DNA from: Tubulanus polymorphus
Taxonomy: Eukaryota; Animalia; Nemertea
NCBI RefSeq assembly: GCF_964204645.1
Contig: NC_134032.1
Coordinates: forward strand, 10,466,275 to 10,530,274
Direction: 5' to 3'
DNA: 64,000 nucleotides
The translations under genes were made by a program, and so were the position numbers. Below the pieces are notes generated by a model. That model was not told the DNA's origin. It searched no databases and worked only from the letters and a program-made list of their open reading frames with translations. This document shows, one piece after another, positions 1-11,394 of this stretch. Position 1 is the stretch's first letter. Each line of letters starts with the position of its first letter.

Positions 1-367
1 GAATTATGACGGTCAAATAATTACGAAACAACAGAAATCCTTTGTAAAACATGCTACCCCATATGTTCAAGTACACCGGTGAAATTCGGTAATTAGGAAA
101 TTTCATGATTGATTCGCCATACCACGCGTAGTGGATGTAATAACGGACGGGAAACGTGATAAACATTGTTAGCAAAAACATAATGTCGACGAGTGCGAGG
201 CATTTCAGTAAATCGAAGCAGCGGTTTTTAGTTTTCAGTTTGTGAAATACAATGATAACCATCACATTGAATATAACACCGACTAGGACTATCGTAGGTA
301 CGATGTATGCTATGCCAATCCACACCAAAGAATACGTACTCAATCTCGGGTTGTTAGTTTTATTCAT
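1..367 (-). CDS. Partial class A GPCR (FMRFamide-receptor-like/Srw-like), subtype A, N-terminal part; runs off the window
   Basis: ATG at 367; reads MNKTNNPRLSTYSLVWIGIAYIVPTIV...KNRCFDLLKCLALVD...NYLTVII, near-identical to the full copies. Confidence 0.85.
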   Translation of the reverse strand, partial: MNKTNNPRLSTYSLVWIGIAYIVPTIVLVGVIFNVMVIIVFHKLKTKNRCFDLLKCLALVDIMFLLTMFITFPVRYYIHYAWYGESIMKFPNYRISPVYLNIWGSMFYKGFLLFRNYLTVII

Positions 368-819
368 TTTTGTTTTCAAAGTATCCGATTCATCTGCAGC
401 TATCTAAACCAGGGAGCACCTACCAACTGAAACCGAATTTCATAACTGAAACGGTTCGTAGATTCTCATATCCCACAAAACACAGAGCTTAATTCGTGCA
501 TAAAGTCACTATATTTGAGTCGGAGTCAGAGACACTTTATTCAATGTGAACGTCGAATATGATAAACAGTATGCAAACTACCTGATGAACATTCAAGGCT
601 TTTATGACGAGAACGAAAATATGACACAGAGCAGTTAGATTGCTACAGAAAAACTTCGCGCATGCAGAAATTATAGCTTGCAATACAGAGCAGCTGATTA
701 TAGTGATACATTTACACATAGAAATATGTACAAGTTTTATTCAGGTCGAAAAAAGTGTGATTCAAACGCTTCATGTTAGTCAGTATATATACACTGCGGC
801 AGAAACGTAGCTGCATTAA

Positions 820-1023
820 TTAAATGCCTCCCTCTTCCAAAACTTCAATATCCGTCGTCTGCGAAACTGCGTTATCAATGCCGATGACGTCATCATTTTT
901 TGTGCCGACTGGTCGGAAACAGCAAGGAGGCATGGTGAAGCATTCCCTCATTCCCGCACCCGGGCAACAGCAAATACTGCATCTATCCTCACACATATAA
1001 TAGGCCTTGTCCCCGGAGTCGAC
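820..1023 (-). pseudogene. Cys-rich peptide exon 2, copy 1 (frameshifted, no local signal exon found)
   Basis: Acceptor tttttccaag|GTCGAC. A 1-nt deletion plus a 5-nt insertion before MCEDRC shifts the frame relative to the 8783-8982 copy. Confidence 0.65.
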
Positions 1024-1627
1024 CTTGGAAAAAATTGCTTGATAAAAATTTTTCAACATGAATGGCACAACGTATTGAATGATTCATAAACCACTGAAAC
1101 ATATTCAAAATGGACGGCGCGGTAACGTATTGAATAAATTAACCACTAAAACACGTACAAAATGGGTGATGAAATATTCAAATAGTACGTGAAAAACTAC
1201 TGGTATATTCAAAAAAGCATGACAATACTACTAAACGTATCCATTTAAACTGATTGACGAATTGCAAATTCTGCCACGAGAAACTTCTTGAATTTAGAAA
1301 TTACGGTGCGCAATGGCGAAAGGCTTATGATGTATTGCCATGTAAGTTATAAGAAGTTTGAAATAATATATAACATAAAATCCATTCCCTTCCACAACAA
1401 TGCATTGAAAACATTTATATATCATTGAATATTTGATTTCATTACTTTTCGATAGTAGTCAAAAGCAGGTCTAACATAACTTTAATTAAGGTTTGCCTAA
1501 TTGGGCCCCTTAAAAACGACGAAACAACCAATGGACGCGCAGGTAAGGTGCAGGGGATGTATTTTCAACTTTTAGCATTCGAACCCGATACGTCACTAGC
1601 TATTATTATTCAAATCCTTGGTAATCT

Positions 1628-2566
1628 TCAACAAATAAATAAATGAAACAGCGTATTTCTGAATTGTCTACTTACGATTACATAAAGTATACAAATCACG
1701 CATGAATTGAAGAAAGATGTCCAAGTGTAAATTTGATTGAATACAATATTAAAAGATGCACTTCCTCCGAATTTAGCGAGGAAACCTGGGAATTCTAAAA
1801 CGGCGAATACAATACATATTGTAAGCACCATTTTAGTGGCTTTCGTTTGATTTTGAGACGGTGAAATCTTGGTCGATGAAAGAGTTTTGCGTTGCTTACT
1901 TTTGACACATAAGACAATAATGAGAGCAATGTTTGCCGCGAAAACAAAGGTATTTGAAATGATAACACGGATGATCGGGTCGATGTACTTGTTCATTAAA
2001 TTGTAAATTCGTTTATAAGAAATTGAAGATATGTGATGAACAAACCGAAATTCTTTATATCCACGCAAATATGTTTCCCTCATTGTAATCGGGTAATAAG
2101 CACCTATAGACATCGATAAGAGACCCGTAATGATGACAAGCGGCTTCAAGCTACGTTTCACATGTAGTGGAAAGCTGATAGTAACCAATCTTTCACATTG
2201 AATTATGACGGTCAAATAGTTTCGAAACACCAGAAATCCTTTAGAAAACATACTTCCCCATATGTTTAAGTGTGCCGGGGAAATGTGGTAATTAGGAAAT
2301 TTCATGACAGATTCGCCATACCACGCGTAGTGTATGTAATAACGAACAGAGAACGTGATGAACATAGCCAGCAAAAGCATCATGTCGACTAGTGCGAGGC
2401 ATTTCAGTAAATCGAAGCAGCGGTTTTTAGTTTTCAGTTTATGAAATACGGTGATAACCATCGCGTTGAATACAACACCGACTGTGACTAGCGGAGGTAC
2501 AACGAACGCGTAGATCATCCAAGCATACACCCTAACTGAATCGTAAACATATGAAGTCATATTCAT
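1628..2566 (-). CDS. Intronless class A GPCR, FMRFaR-like/Srw-like, subtype B (312 aa)
   Basis: Seven hydrophobic segments; GxxFN (TM1), LAxxD (TM2), CERL at the DRY position, KATKM before TM6, LEFP, NSCVxxILY..SRQFR (TM7/H8). Confidence 0.9.
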   Translation of the reverse strand: MNMTSYVYDSVRVYAWMIYAFVVPPLVTVGVVFNAMVITVFHKLKTKNRCFDLLKCLALVDMMLLLAMFITFSVRYYIHYAWYGESVMKFPNYHISPAHLNIWGSMFSKGFLVFRNYLTVIIQCERLVTISFPLHVKRSLKPLVIITGLLSMSIGAYYPITMRETYLRGYKEFRFVHHISSISYKRIYNLMNKYIDPIIRVIISNTFVFAANIALIIVLCVKSKQRKTLSSTKISPSQNQTKATKMVLTICIVFAVLEFPGFLAKFGGSASFNIVFNQIYTWTSFFNSCVICILYVIVSRQFRNTLFHLFIC

Positions 2567-3363
2567 TTTCAGATTAATCTAATTCGTCTGCGGGACGCGC
2601 CTACTTGCTGAAACTTATTATCCTATCATAACCCACCGCGTAAGTTTTTAACGGACAATACGCAGAGCTCGTATAACTTGTACAGGTTACATCTGATTTT
2701 GTCGCTTCGGAAAGCAAATTATTTTATGTCAATGTTGAATATTATAAACTTGACTATACAAACTAGCTGGTGTATATTCAAAGCTTTTAGAATGAAAAAG
2801 AAAAGATAGACGCGAACTTAGTTTGAGTTAAGCTGAGAATTCTGGAATTCAGAATATACGCTTCACCACAACAACATTGGACAACCCTCACATCGTTTTA
2901 GTTCTGAGGCAGAGCAGCAATTCACCACAGTGATCCATACAGCTCTACGATCCTAGTGTGACAACTACATGAGCAGACAATTTCTTATAATTTTACAAAT
3001 TCTCCAATCCACTCAGATATTCCTTCTCTAACATTTCCAGTTTTAAGTGTTTTTCAGTAATCCTACCTAACTTCATTTTTCTAAGCTATCGCATATATAT
3101 TGAATTTAAATCAGAGTGAAACTATGACTTTTGAAATATGAATTCGACGTAAAAAAATCCATTAAATCTTGTTTTGATGCGGAAATAATGAAATAGTGAT
3201 AAATTACTGGTTTATTATGTACAGTAACTGGCTGTGACCACGTTGATGAACATGTATAGCATGTCTCATGAGTCAATGACTCGATGACAAATATTTCCAA
3301 TTTCTATGATAGGACCCGCATACGATGATACGTCACAAGCTACCGTTCCTATCGTCTGGTATA

Positions 3364-4302
3364 TCAATTGATTTTAAATAACTGAAACAACGTATTTCTG
3401 TATTGTTTACTTACGATTACATAAAGTAAGAAATTCACGCATGAATTGAGGAACGACGTCCATCCGTAAATGTCGTCAAATACTCGATTAAAGGATGTGC
3501 TTCCTCCGATCTTACCGAGGAAACCCGGAAGTTCTAATACGGCGAATACGATACTCATTGTTAGCGCCATTTTAGTAGCTTTCGTTTGATTTTGAGATGG
3601 TGAAATCTTGGTCGATGAAAGAGTTTTGCGTTGCTGACTTTTGACACACAAGACAATAATGAGAGCAATGTTTGCCGCGAAAACAAAGGTATTTGAAATG
3701 ATAACACGGATGATCGGGTCGATGTATTTGTTCATTAAATTGTAAATTCGTTTATAAGGAGTGAAAGTAATGTAATGAACGAATCGAAACGCTTTATATC
3801 TGCCCGAAAACCTTTGTCTCATTAAAATCGGGTAATAGGCACCTAAAGCCATCGATAATAAACCCGTTATGATGACAAGTGGCTTCAAGCTACGTTTAAC
3901 ATGAAGCGGATAAGTGATAGTAACCAATCTTTCGCATTGAATGATGACGGTCAGATAATTCCGAAACACCAGAAATCCTTTAGAAAACATACTTCCCCAT
4001 ATGTTCAAGTACACCGGAGAAATTCGGTAATTAGGAAATTTCATGATAGATTCGCCATACCACGCATAGTGGATGTAATAACGGACGGGATACGTGATAA
4101 ACATTGCTAGCAAAAACATAATGTCGACTAGTGCGAGGCATTTCAGTAAATCGAAGCAGCGGTTTTTAGTTTTCAGTATGTGAAACACGACGATAACCAT
4201 CGCGTTGAATATAACACCGACTAGGACTATCGTAGGTACGATGTACGCAATGCCGATCCATACCATAGAATATGGGCTTCTCGGGTTGTTAGTTTTATTC
4301 AT
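3364..4302 (-). CDS. Intronless class A GPCR, subtype A (312 aa)
   Basis: Same 7TM motifs, NSCVNFLLY. Confidence 0.9.
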   Translation of the reverse strand: MNKTNNPRSPYSMVWIGIAYIVPTIVLVGVIFNAMVIVVFHILKTKNRCFDLLKCLALVDIMFLLAMFITYPVRYYIHYAWYGESIMKFPNYRISPVYLNIWGSMFSKGFLVFRNYLTVIIQCERLVTITYPLHVKRSLKPLVIITGLLSMALGAYYPILMRQRFSGRYKAFRFVHYITFTPYKRIYNLMNKYIDPIIRVIISNTFVFAANIALIIVLCVKSQQRKTLSSTKISPSQNQTKATKMALTMSIVFAVLELPGFLGKIGGSTSFNRVFDDIYGWTSFLNSCVNFLLYVIVSKQYRNTLFQLFKIN

Positions 4303-4758
4303 TTCTTATTCAAAGAATCCGATTCATCTGCAGCTATCTGAAACCAGGGAGCACCTACCAACTGAAACCGAATTTCATAAGTGAAACGGTCGCGTAAATT
4401 TATATATCACACAAAACATAATGTGTGCACGAAGAAAACATATTTGTGTTGGACTCAGATACACTTTATTCTATGTGAACGTCGAATATGATAAACAGTA
4501 TGCACACTATCTGATTTGCATTCAAAGCTTTTACGATTTGAACGAAAATATGACACAGAGGAGTTAGATTGCGGCAAATAAACTCGCGCATTCAGAAGTG
4601 ATAGCTTGCAATACTGAGCGGCTGATTATAGCGATACATTTACTCATGGAAATATATGTACACGTTTTACTCAATTCACAACAAGGCGTTGTTAGTCCGC
4701 ACAGACAGTGCAGCAGAAACGTAGCTGCATTAATCAAATACCCGTCTCTTCCAATACT

Positions 4759-4961
4759 TCAATATTCGCCGTCTGCGAAACTGCTGACGAATCGAGCAGC
4801 CAAATCGTCTTCGTTGTCAATACCGATGACGTCATCAGTTCTATCGCGGCATGGTCGGAAACAACAAGGATGTATGGTGAAGCATTCCCTCATTCCCGCG
4901 CCCGGGCAACAGCAAACACTGCATCTATCCTTGCACATAGGCCTTGTCCTCCGGAGTCGAC
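4759..4961 (-). CDS. Cys-rich peptide exon 2, copy 2 (frame intact, no adjacent signal exon found)
   Basis: Strong acceptor tttttccaag|GT; (G)RLRRTRPMCKDRCSVCCCPGAGMRECFTIHPCCFRPCRDRTDDVIGIDNEDD...stop. Confidence 0.5.
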
Positions 4962-5643
4962 CTTGGAAAAAATTGCTTGATAAATGTTTTTCAACATGAA
5001 TGGCACAACGTATTGAATGATTCATAAACCACTGAAACGTTTTCAAAATGGACGACGCGGTAACGTATTGAATAAATAAACCACTAAAACACGTACAAAA
5101 TGAGAGATGGAATATTAAGATAGTACGTGAAAAACTACTGGTATATTCAAAAAAGCATGACAATACTACTAAACGTATCCATTTAAACTGATTGACGAAA
5201 TGCAAATTCTGCCACGAGAAACTTCTTGAATTTAGAAATTACGGTGCGCAATGGCGAAAGGCTTATGATGTATTGCCACGTAGGCTAAAAGAAGTTTAAT
5301 AATATATAACATAAAATTCATTCCCTTCCACAACAATGCATTGAAAACATTTATGTATTATTGTTCGAAGGCACAGCAGCATCAATAAATCCGATTTCTA
5401 ATTTCAAACTCTTCTTTTTTTCACTTGATTTAAGTACTTTTCAATACTTGATTTCAGTACTTTTCGATAGTAGTCAAAAGCAGGTCTAACATGACTTTAA
5501 TTAAGGTTTGCCTATATTGGGCCCCTTAAAAACGACGAAACAACCAATGGACGTGCAGGTAAGGTGCAGGGGACGTTTTTTCAACTTTTAGCATTCGAAC
5601 CCGTTACGTCACTTGCTACTATCATTCAAATCCTAGATAATCT

Positions 5644-6582
5644 TCAACAAATAAATAACTGAAACAGCGTATTTCTGAATTGTCTACTTACGATTACATA
5701 AAGTATAAAATTCACGCATGAATTGAAGAAAGATGTCCAAGTGTAAATTTGATTGAATACAATATTAAAAGATGCGCTTCCTCCGATTTTAGCGAGGAAA
5801 CCTGGGAATTCTAAAATGGCGAATACGATACTCATTGTAAGCACCATTTTAGTGGCTTTCGTTTGATTTTGAGACGGTGAAATCTTGGTCGATGAAAGAG
5901 TTTTGCGTTGCTCACTTTTAACACATAAGACAATAATGAGAGCAATGTTTGCCGCGAAAACAAAGGTATTTGAAATGATAACACGGATGATCGGGTCGAT
6001 GTACTTGTTCATTAAATTGTAAATTCGTTTATAAGAAATGAAAGATATGTAATGAACAAACCGAAATTCTTTATATCCGCGCAAATATGTTTCCCTCATT
6101 GTAATCGGGTAATAGGCACCTATAGACATCGATAATAAACCCGTAAGGATGACAAGCGGCTTCAAGCTACGTTTCACGTGTAGTGGAAAGCTGATAGTAA
6201 CCAATCTTTCGCATTGAATTATGACGGTCAAATAGTTTCGAACCACCAGAAATCCTTTAAAAAACATACTTCCCCATATGTTTAAGTGTGCCGGGGAAAT
6301 GCGGTAATTAGGAAATTTCATGACAGATTCGCCATACCACGCGTAGTGTATGTAATAACGAACAGAGAACGTGATGAACATAGCCAGCAAAAGCATCATG
6401 TCGACTAGTGCGAGGTATTTCAGTAAATCGAAGCAGCGGTTTTTAGTTTTCAGTTTATGAAATACGGTGATAACCATCGCGTTGAATACAACACCGACTG
6501 TGACTAGCGGAGGTACAACGAACGCGTAGATCATCCAAGCATACACCCTAACTGAATCGTAAACATATGAAGTCATATTCAT
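5644..6582 (-). CDS. Intronless class A GPCR, subtype B (312 aa)
   Basis: Paralog of 1628-2566 at a 4016-bp offset. Confidence 0.9.
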   Translation of the reverse strand: MNMTSYVYDSVRVYAWMIYAFVVPPLVTVGVVFNAMVITVFHKLKTKNRCFDLLKYLALVDMMLLLAMFITFSVRYYIHYAWYGESVMKFPNYRISPAHLNIWGSMFFKGFLVVRNYLTVIIQCERLVTISFPLHVKRSLKPLVILTGLLSMSIGAYYPITMRETYLRGYKEFRFVHYISFISYKRIYNLMNKYIDPIIRVIISNTFVFAANIALIIVLCVKSEQRKTLSSTKISPSQNQTKATKMVLTMSIVFAILEFPGFLAKIGGSASFNIVFNQIYTWTSFFNSCVNFILYVIVSRQFRNTLFQLFIC

Positions 6583-7385
6583 TTTTCAGATTAATCCAAT
6601 TCGTCTGCGGTAAACCTTGGACGCGCCTACTCGCTGAAACTTATTATCCTATCTTAACCCACCGCCTAAGTTTTTAACGGACAATACGCAGAGCTCGTGA
6701 CACGTGTACAGGTTACATCTGATTTTGTCGCATCGGAAAGCAAATTATCTTATGTGAATGTTGAATATTATGAACTTGACTATACAAACTAGTTGGTGTA
6801 TATTCAAAGCTTTTAGAATGAAAAAGAAAAGATAGACGCGAACTTAGTTTGATTTAAGCAGAGAAAATTCTGGAATTCAGAATATACGCTTCACCACAAC
6901 AACATTGGACAACCCTCACATCGTTTTAGTTCTGAGGCAGAGCAGCAATTCACCACAGTGATCCACAGCTCTACGATCCTAGTGTGACAATTACATGAGC
7001 AGACAATTTCTTATAATTTTACAAATTCTCCAATCCACTCAGATATTTCTTTTCTAACATTTCCAGTTTTAAGTATTTTTCAGTAATCCTACCTAACTTC
7101 ATTTTTCTAAGCTATCGCATATATATTAAATCAGAGTGAAACTATGACTTTTGAAATATGAATTCTACGTAAAAAAAATCCATTAAATCTTGTTTTGATG
7201 CCAAAATAATGAAAATAGTAATAAATTACTGGTTTATTATGTACAGTAACTGGCTGTGACCACGTTGATGAACATGTATCGCATGTCTCATGAGTCAATG
7301 ATTCGACGACAAAAATTTCCAATTTCTAGGATTCGACCAGCATACGATGATACGTCACAAGCTACCGTTCCTATCGTCTGGTAAA

Positions 7386-8327
7386 TCAATTGATTTTAAA
7401 TAACTGAAACAACGTATTTCTGTATCGTTTACTTACGATTACATAAAGTATGAAATTCACACATGAATTGAGGAACGACGTCCATCCGTAAATGTCGTTA
7501 AATACTCGATTAAAAGATGCGCTTCCTCCGATCTTACCGAGGAAACCTGGAAGTTCTAATACAGCGAATACGAAACTCATTGTAAGCGCCATTTTAGTAG
7601 CTTTCGTTTGATTTTGAGATGGTGAAATCTTGGTCGCTGACAGAGATATGCGTTTCTTACTTTTGATGCATAAGACAATAATGAGAGCAATGTTTGCCGC
7701 GAAAACTAAGATGTTTGAAATGATAACACGGATGATCGGGTCGATGTATTTGTTCATTAAATGATAAATTCGTTTATAAGGAATGGAAGATATGTAATGA
7801 ACGAATCGAAATTCTTTGTACCCGCGCGACAATTTTACCCTCATTGTAATCGGGTAATAGGCACCTAAAGCCATCGATAATAAACCCGTAATGATAACAA
7901 GTGGCTTCAAGCTACGTTTCACATGAAGCGGAAAAATGATAGTAACCAATCTTTCGCATTGAATTATGACGGTCAAATAATTACGAAACACCAGAAATCC
8001 CTTCGAAAACATGCTACCCCATATGTTCAAGTACACCGGAGAAATTCGGTAATTAGGAAATTGCATGACAGATTCGCCATACCACGCGTAGTGAATGTAA
8101 TAACGGACTGAGAACGTGATAAACATTGTTAGCAAAAACATAATGTCGACTAAAGCGAGGTATTTCAGTAAATCGAAACAGCGGTTTTTAGTTTTCAGTT
8201 TGTGAAATACAATGATAACCATCACATTGAATACAACGCCAACTAGGACTATCGTAGGTACGATGTATGCTATGCCAATCCATACCATAGAATACGTACT
8301 CATTATCGGTTTGTTAGTTTTGTTCAT
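7386..8327 (-). CDS. Intronless class A GPCR, subtype A (313 aa)
   Basis: Paralog of 3364-4302 at a 4022-bp offset. Confidence 0.9.
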   Translation of the reverse strand: MNKTNKPIMSTYSMVWIGIAYIVPTIVLVGVVFNVMVIIVFHKLKTKNRCFDLLKYLALVDIMFLLTMFITFSVRYYIHYAWYGESVMQFPNYRISPVYLNIWGSMFSKGFLVFRNYLTVIIQCERLVTIIFPLHVKRSLKPLVIITGLLSMALGAYYPITMRVKLSRGYKEFRFVHYISSIPYKRIYHLMNKYIDPIIRVIISNILVFAANIALIIVLCIKSKKRISLSATKISPSQNQTKATKMALTMSFVFAVLELPGFLGKIGGSASFNRVFNDIYGWTSFLNSCVNFILYVIVSKRYRNTLFQLFKIN

Positions 8328-8782
8328 TTCTTTCTCAAAGTATCCGATTCATCTGCAGCTATCTAAGACCAGGGAGCACCTACCAACTTAAACCGAATTT
8401 CATAACTGAAACGCCGCGTAGATTCTCATATCCCACAAAATACAGAGCTTATAATTCGTGCATAAAGTCACTATATTTGAGTCGGAGTCAGAGACACTTT
8501 ATTCAATGTGAACGTCGAATATGATAAACAGTAGGGAAACTACCTGATGAACATTCAAAGCTTTTATGACGAGAACGAAAATATGACACAGAGCAGTTAG
8601 ATTGCTACGGAAGAACTTCGCACACTCAGAAATTATAGCTTGCGATACTGAGCAGCTGATTATAGTGATACATTTACACATAGAAATATGTACAAGTTTT
8701 ATTCAAGTCGAAACAAAGTGTGATTCAAACGCTTCATGTTAGTCAGTATATATACACTGCGGCAGAAACGTAGCTGCATTAA

Positions 8783-9533
8783 TTAAATGCCCTTCTCTTC
8801 CAAAACTTCAATATCCGTCGTCTGCGAAACTGCGTTATCAATACCGATGACGTCATCACTTCTTGTGCGGACTGGTCGGAAACAGCAAGGAGGCATGGTG
8901 AAGCATTCCCTCATTCCCGCGCCCGGGCAACAGCAAATACTGCATCTATCCTCACACATAGGCCTTGTCCACCGGGGTCGACCTTGGATTAATAGATAGC
9001 TTATATTATAAAAGACTGTATTGAACATGGATGGCATAACGTATTGAATGATCTTAAAGATATTCAAAATGGACGACATTGACGTATTGAATAGATTAGT
9101 TCTATATTGCGTATATAGAAAAAAAGGACGACTAATTCAGTGAATTCACTACATTTATATTGAAAAAGTGCGAAAATACTACCGATTCAAAATGGATGCA
9201 CGAAACCCACTTATATGTGTATTCCATGTGGCTGAAGCATTGAATAGACCTATGTTCTGGATATCTTTCGTTCGTAACAGCAACCATTTTATGGTCACGA
9301 TAGGCACTCGACGGTCTTTCATTTCTAAATTAACTTCTGAAAAAGCCGACGCGCTTTCACCAAAGATGACTATTTCAATTGAAATTATTTTAGGAACCGT
9401 CTAAAGATGTAAATTTCTATCATTTAAAACGAAATGCAAAAAGAATTGGTACTTTACCTTGAGTTGAGTGAAGCGTGGCCAATAACATTAACAGAGTGAG
9501 GGATACGCGTCTTACGGTTCGGTGCTGCTGCAT
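8783..9533 (-). CDS. Two-exon secreted Cys-rich prepropeptide (91 aa), AMP/toxin-like; exons 9533-9458 and 8982-8783
   Basis: Exon 1 MQQHRTVRRVSLTLLMLLATLHSTQ(G) with AAG|GTAAAG donor, phase 1, joins in frame to CCAAG|GT-CGA; 8-Cys core plus acidic tail; AATAAA at 8698-8703. Confidence 0.75.
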
Positions 9534-10797
9534 AGTTACGCGAATTTGTCGATTGTTATTGCAAAAAAGCCTTTGACTCGATTATATTATTCTTGATATA
9601 TGCGCAAAAGTAACAGCGACTACTGACTGTATGAACACATGAACTAAAATGATCTGGCTGATAATGAACTGAAGGAAGTAGTTATTGCTACCAGCAGAAT
9701 TCTACCAGTAAAGGAGGCCCGTGTGATATAAACAGGGTGCGCGAGTGTAATCTGCCTACGAATTTGTATTAATTGCTGGACGAAATCATATGGTTTGTGA
9801 TGCAACAATTAGTCAGGAAATGCCGCATCAAAATTATCTATAGCAATTCTGCGTTCCTTCGCAACCATTATCAATTCTGTGTACCGGTATTATTCCGGAA
9901 CCGGTTTCACAGTGTGAGGAGTTAAGTCTTGCAAAGCATCGTAGAAAGATTTTTGAAGATTTTAACCTATTTAAACTTTGGAATCGAGCGGACGTGGTTT
10001 TTCATCATAGGGAATGGGTGTTAAATTCTAGTTTAACAACTTGTCCCATTATTTCTACAAATAGTATGAAAATGCCTAGCACTGTTTTTAACCATCTAGT
10101 GCCTCAGCCCTAAAAATGTGTGATATTTCTTATTGACCTATATTTTCTGCATCCTCTTGCTGCATACAACACAAATTCAATATCAGTTTCTAAAATCTGA
10201 AAAAAATTGTCTCCATATTTCAATTAACATTACGTGGACATCAGGTTATAAAGAATGGTTCAAAAGCTTCGATTTATGACCACACTTGGCACAAGTATGT
10301 ACTAAGTGTCAACTTGCGTGGACAACAGGCTTTCCAGCCAGTTGTTTACGATACTTTGATACGTGCATGGCAGCTATTATGTCGAGTATCAGTTTGCTGC
10401 GAAAAAAGACGTAAGTTGGTGCTCAGGTAAAGTTACATAATCCGCGTCCGCAGTTCCTATATATAGTAATGATGAGAGATCATACCGCGGTACACCAGTC
10501 CCTGACTTGAATCGTTGGCGTTAATCTACATGCTAAGTTACAAACTAGGTCATAGCCAGAAAGCTTCAATGACTATTCTTAATTCGAAAAGTGGAACTTA
10601 ATTCCACGTTTTCGACAGCAATTTAGTTTCGATTTTTGGCATTCGCATCTGATGCGAAGATACGTCACACGCATCCATTTTCTTCCGGATGAACTTTGCC
10701 AGCAAAGGTTGCGAGGTATTTCAGTAAATCGAAGCAGCGGTTTTTATCTTTTTAGACTTTTCGCATTTTAAATATATAAGCTATTCATTTTTCCAAG

Positions 10798-10964
10798 GTC
10801 GACCCGAGTAAAAGGCCTATGTGTGAGGATAGATGCGGTGTTTGCTGTTTTCTGGGTGCGGGAATAAGGGAATGATGACGTCATCGATATTGATCATTCG
10901 CATGTTTACGTCAGTAGTTTTGCAAACGACGGATATTGAAGTTCTGGAAGATATGTACATTTAA
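10798..10964 (+). pseudogene. Cys-rich peptide exon 2, copy 4 (inverted; early stop and internal deletion)
   Basis: tttttccaag|GTCGACCCGAGTAA; the segment encoding CFTMPPCCFRP is missing. Confidence 0.65.
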
Positions 10965-11394
10965 CTAATGCAGCTACGTTTCTGCTGCACTGTCTGTGCG
11001 GACTAACAACGCCTTGTTGCGAATTGAGTAAAACGTGTCTATATATTTCCATGAGTAAATGTATCGCTATAATCAGCCGCTCAGTATTGCAAGCCATAAC
11101 TTCTGAATGCGCGAAGTTTTTTTGGGGTAATCTAACTGCTGTGTGTCATATTTTCGTTCAAATCGTAAAAGCTTTGAATGTTCATCAGGTAGTATGCATA
11201 CTGTTTATCATATTCGACGTTCACGCGGAATAAAGCTTCTCTGACTCCGACTCAAATATATTCACTTCGTGCACAAATTGTGTATGTGTGAGATAAGAAT
11301 TTACGAGACCGTTATTACTGAAATTCGGTTCCAGTTGGTAGGTGCTCCCTGGTTTCAGATAGCTGCAGATGAATCGGATTCTCTGAAAACAAAA

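Noticed and set aside
537-719. Recurrent 60-69-aa ORFs (537, 8499, 11024) upstream of the GPCRs
   Set aside because: Similarity is explained by recent segmental duplication; starts and stops are not consistent and there is no recognisable domain
1305-1342. Possible local first exon (MAIHHKPFAIAH) for peptide copies 1 and 2
   Set aside because: Not hydrophobic enough for a signal peptide, weak donor, and the ATG is GTG in the second copy
11269-11394. 42-aa N-terminal extension of the inverted GPCR
   Set aside because: Starts at GTG; paralogs begin at MNKTN and the equivalent upstream frame is not conserved
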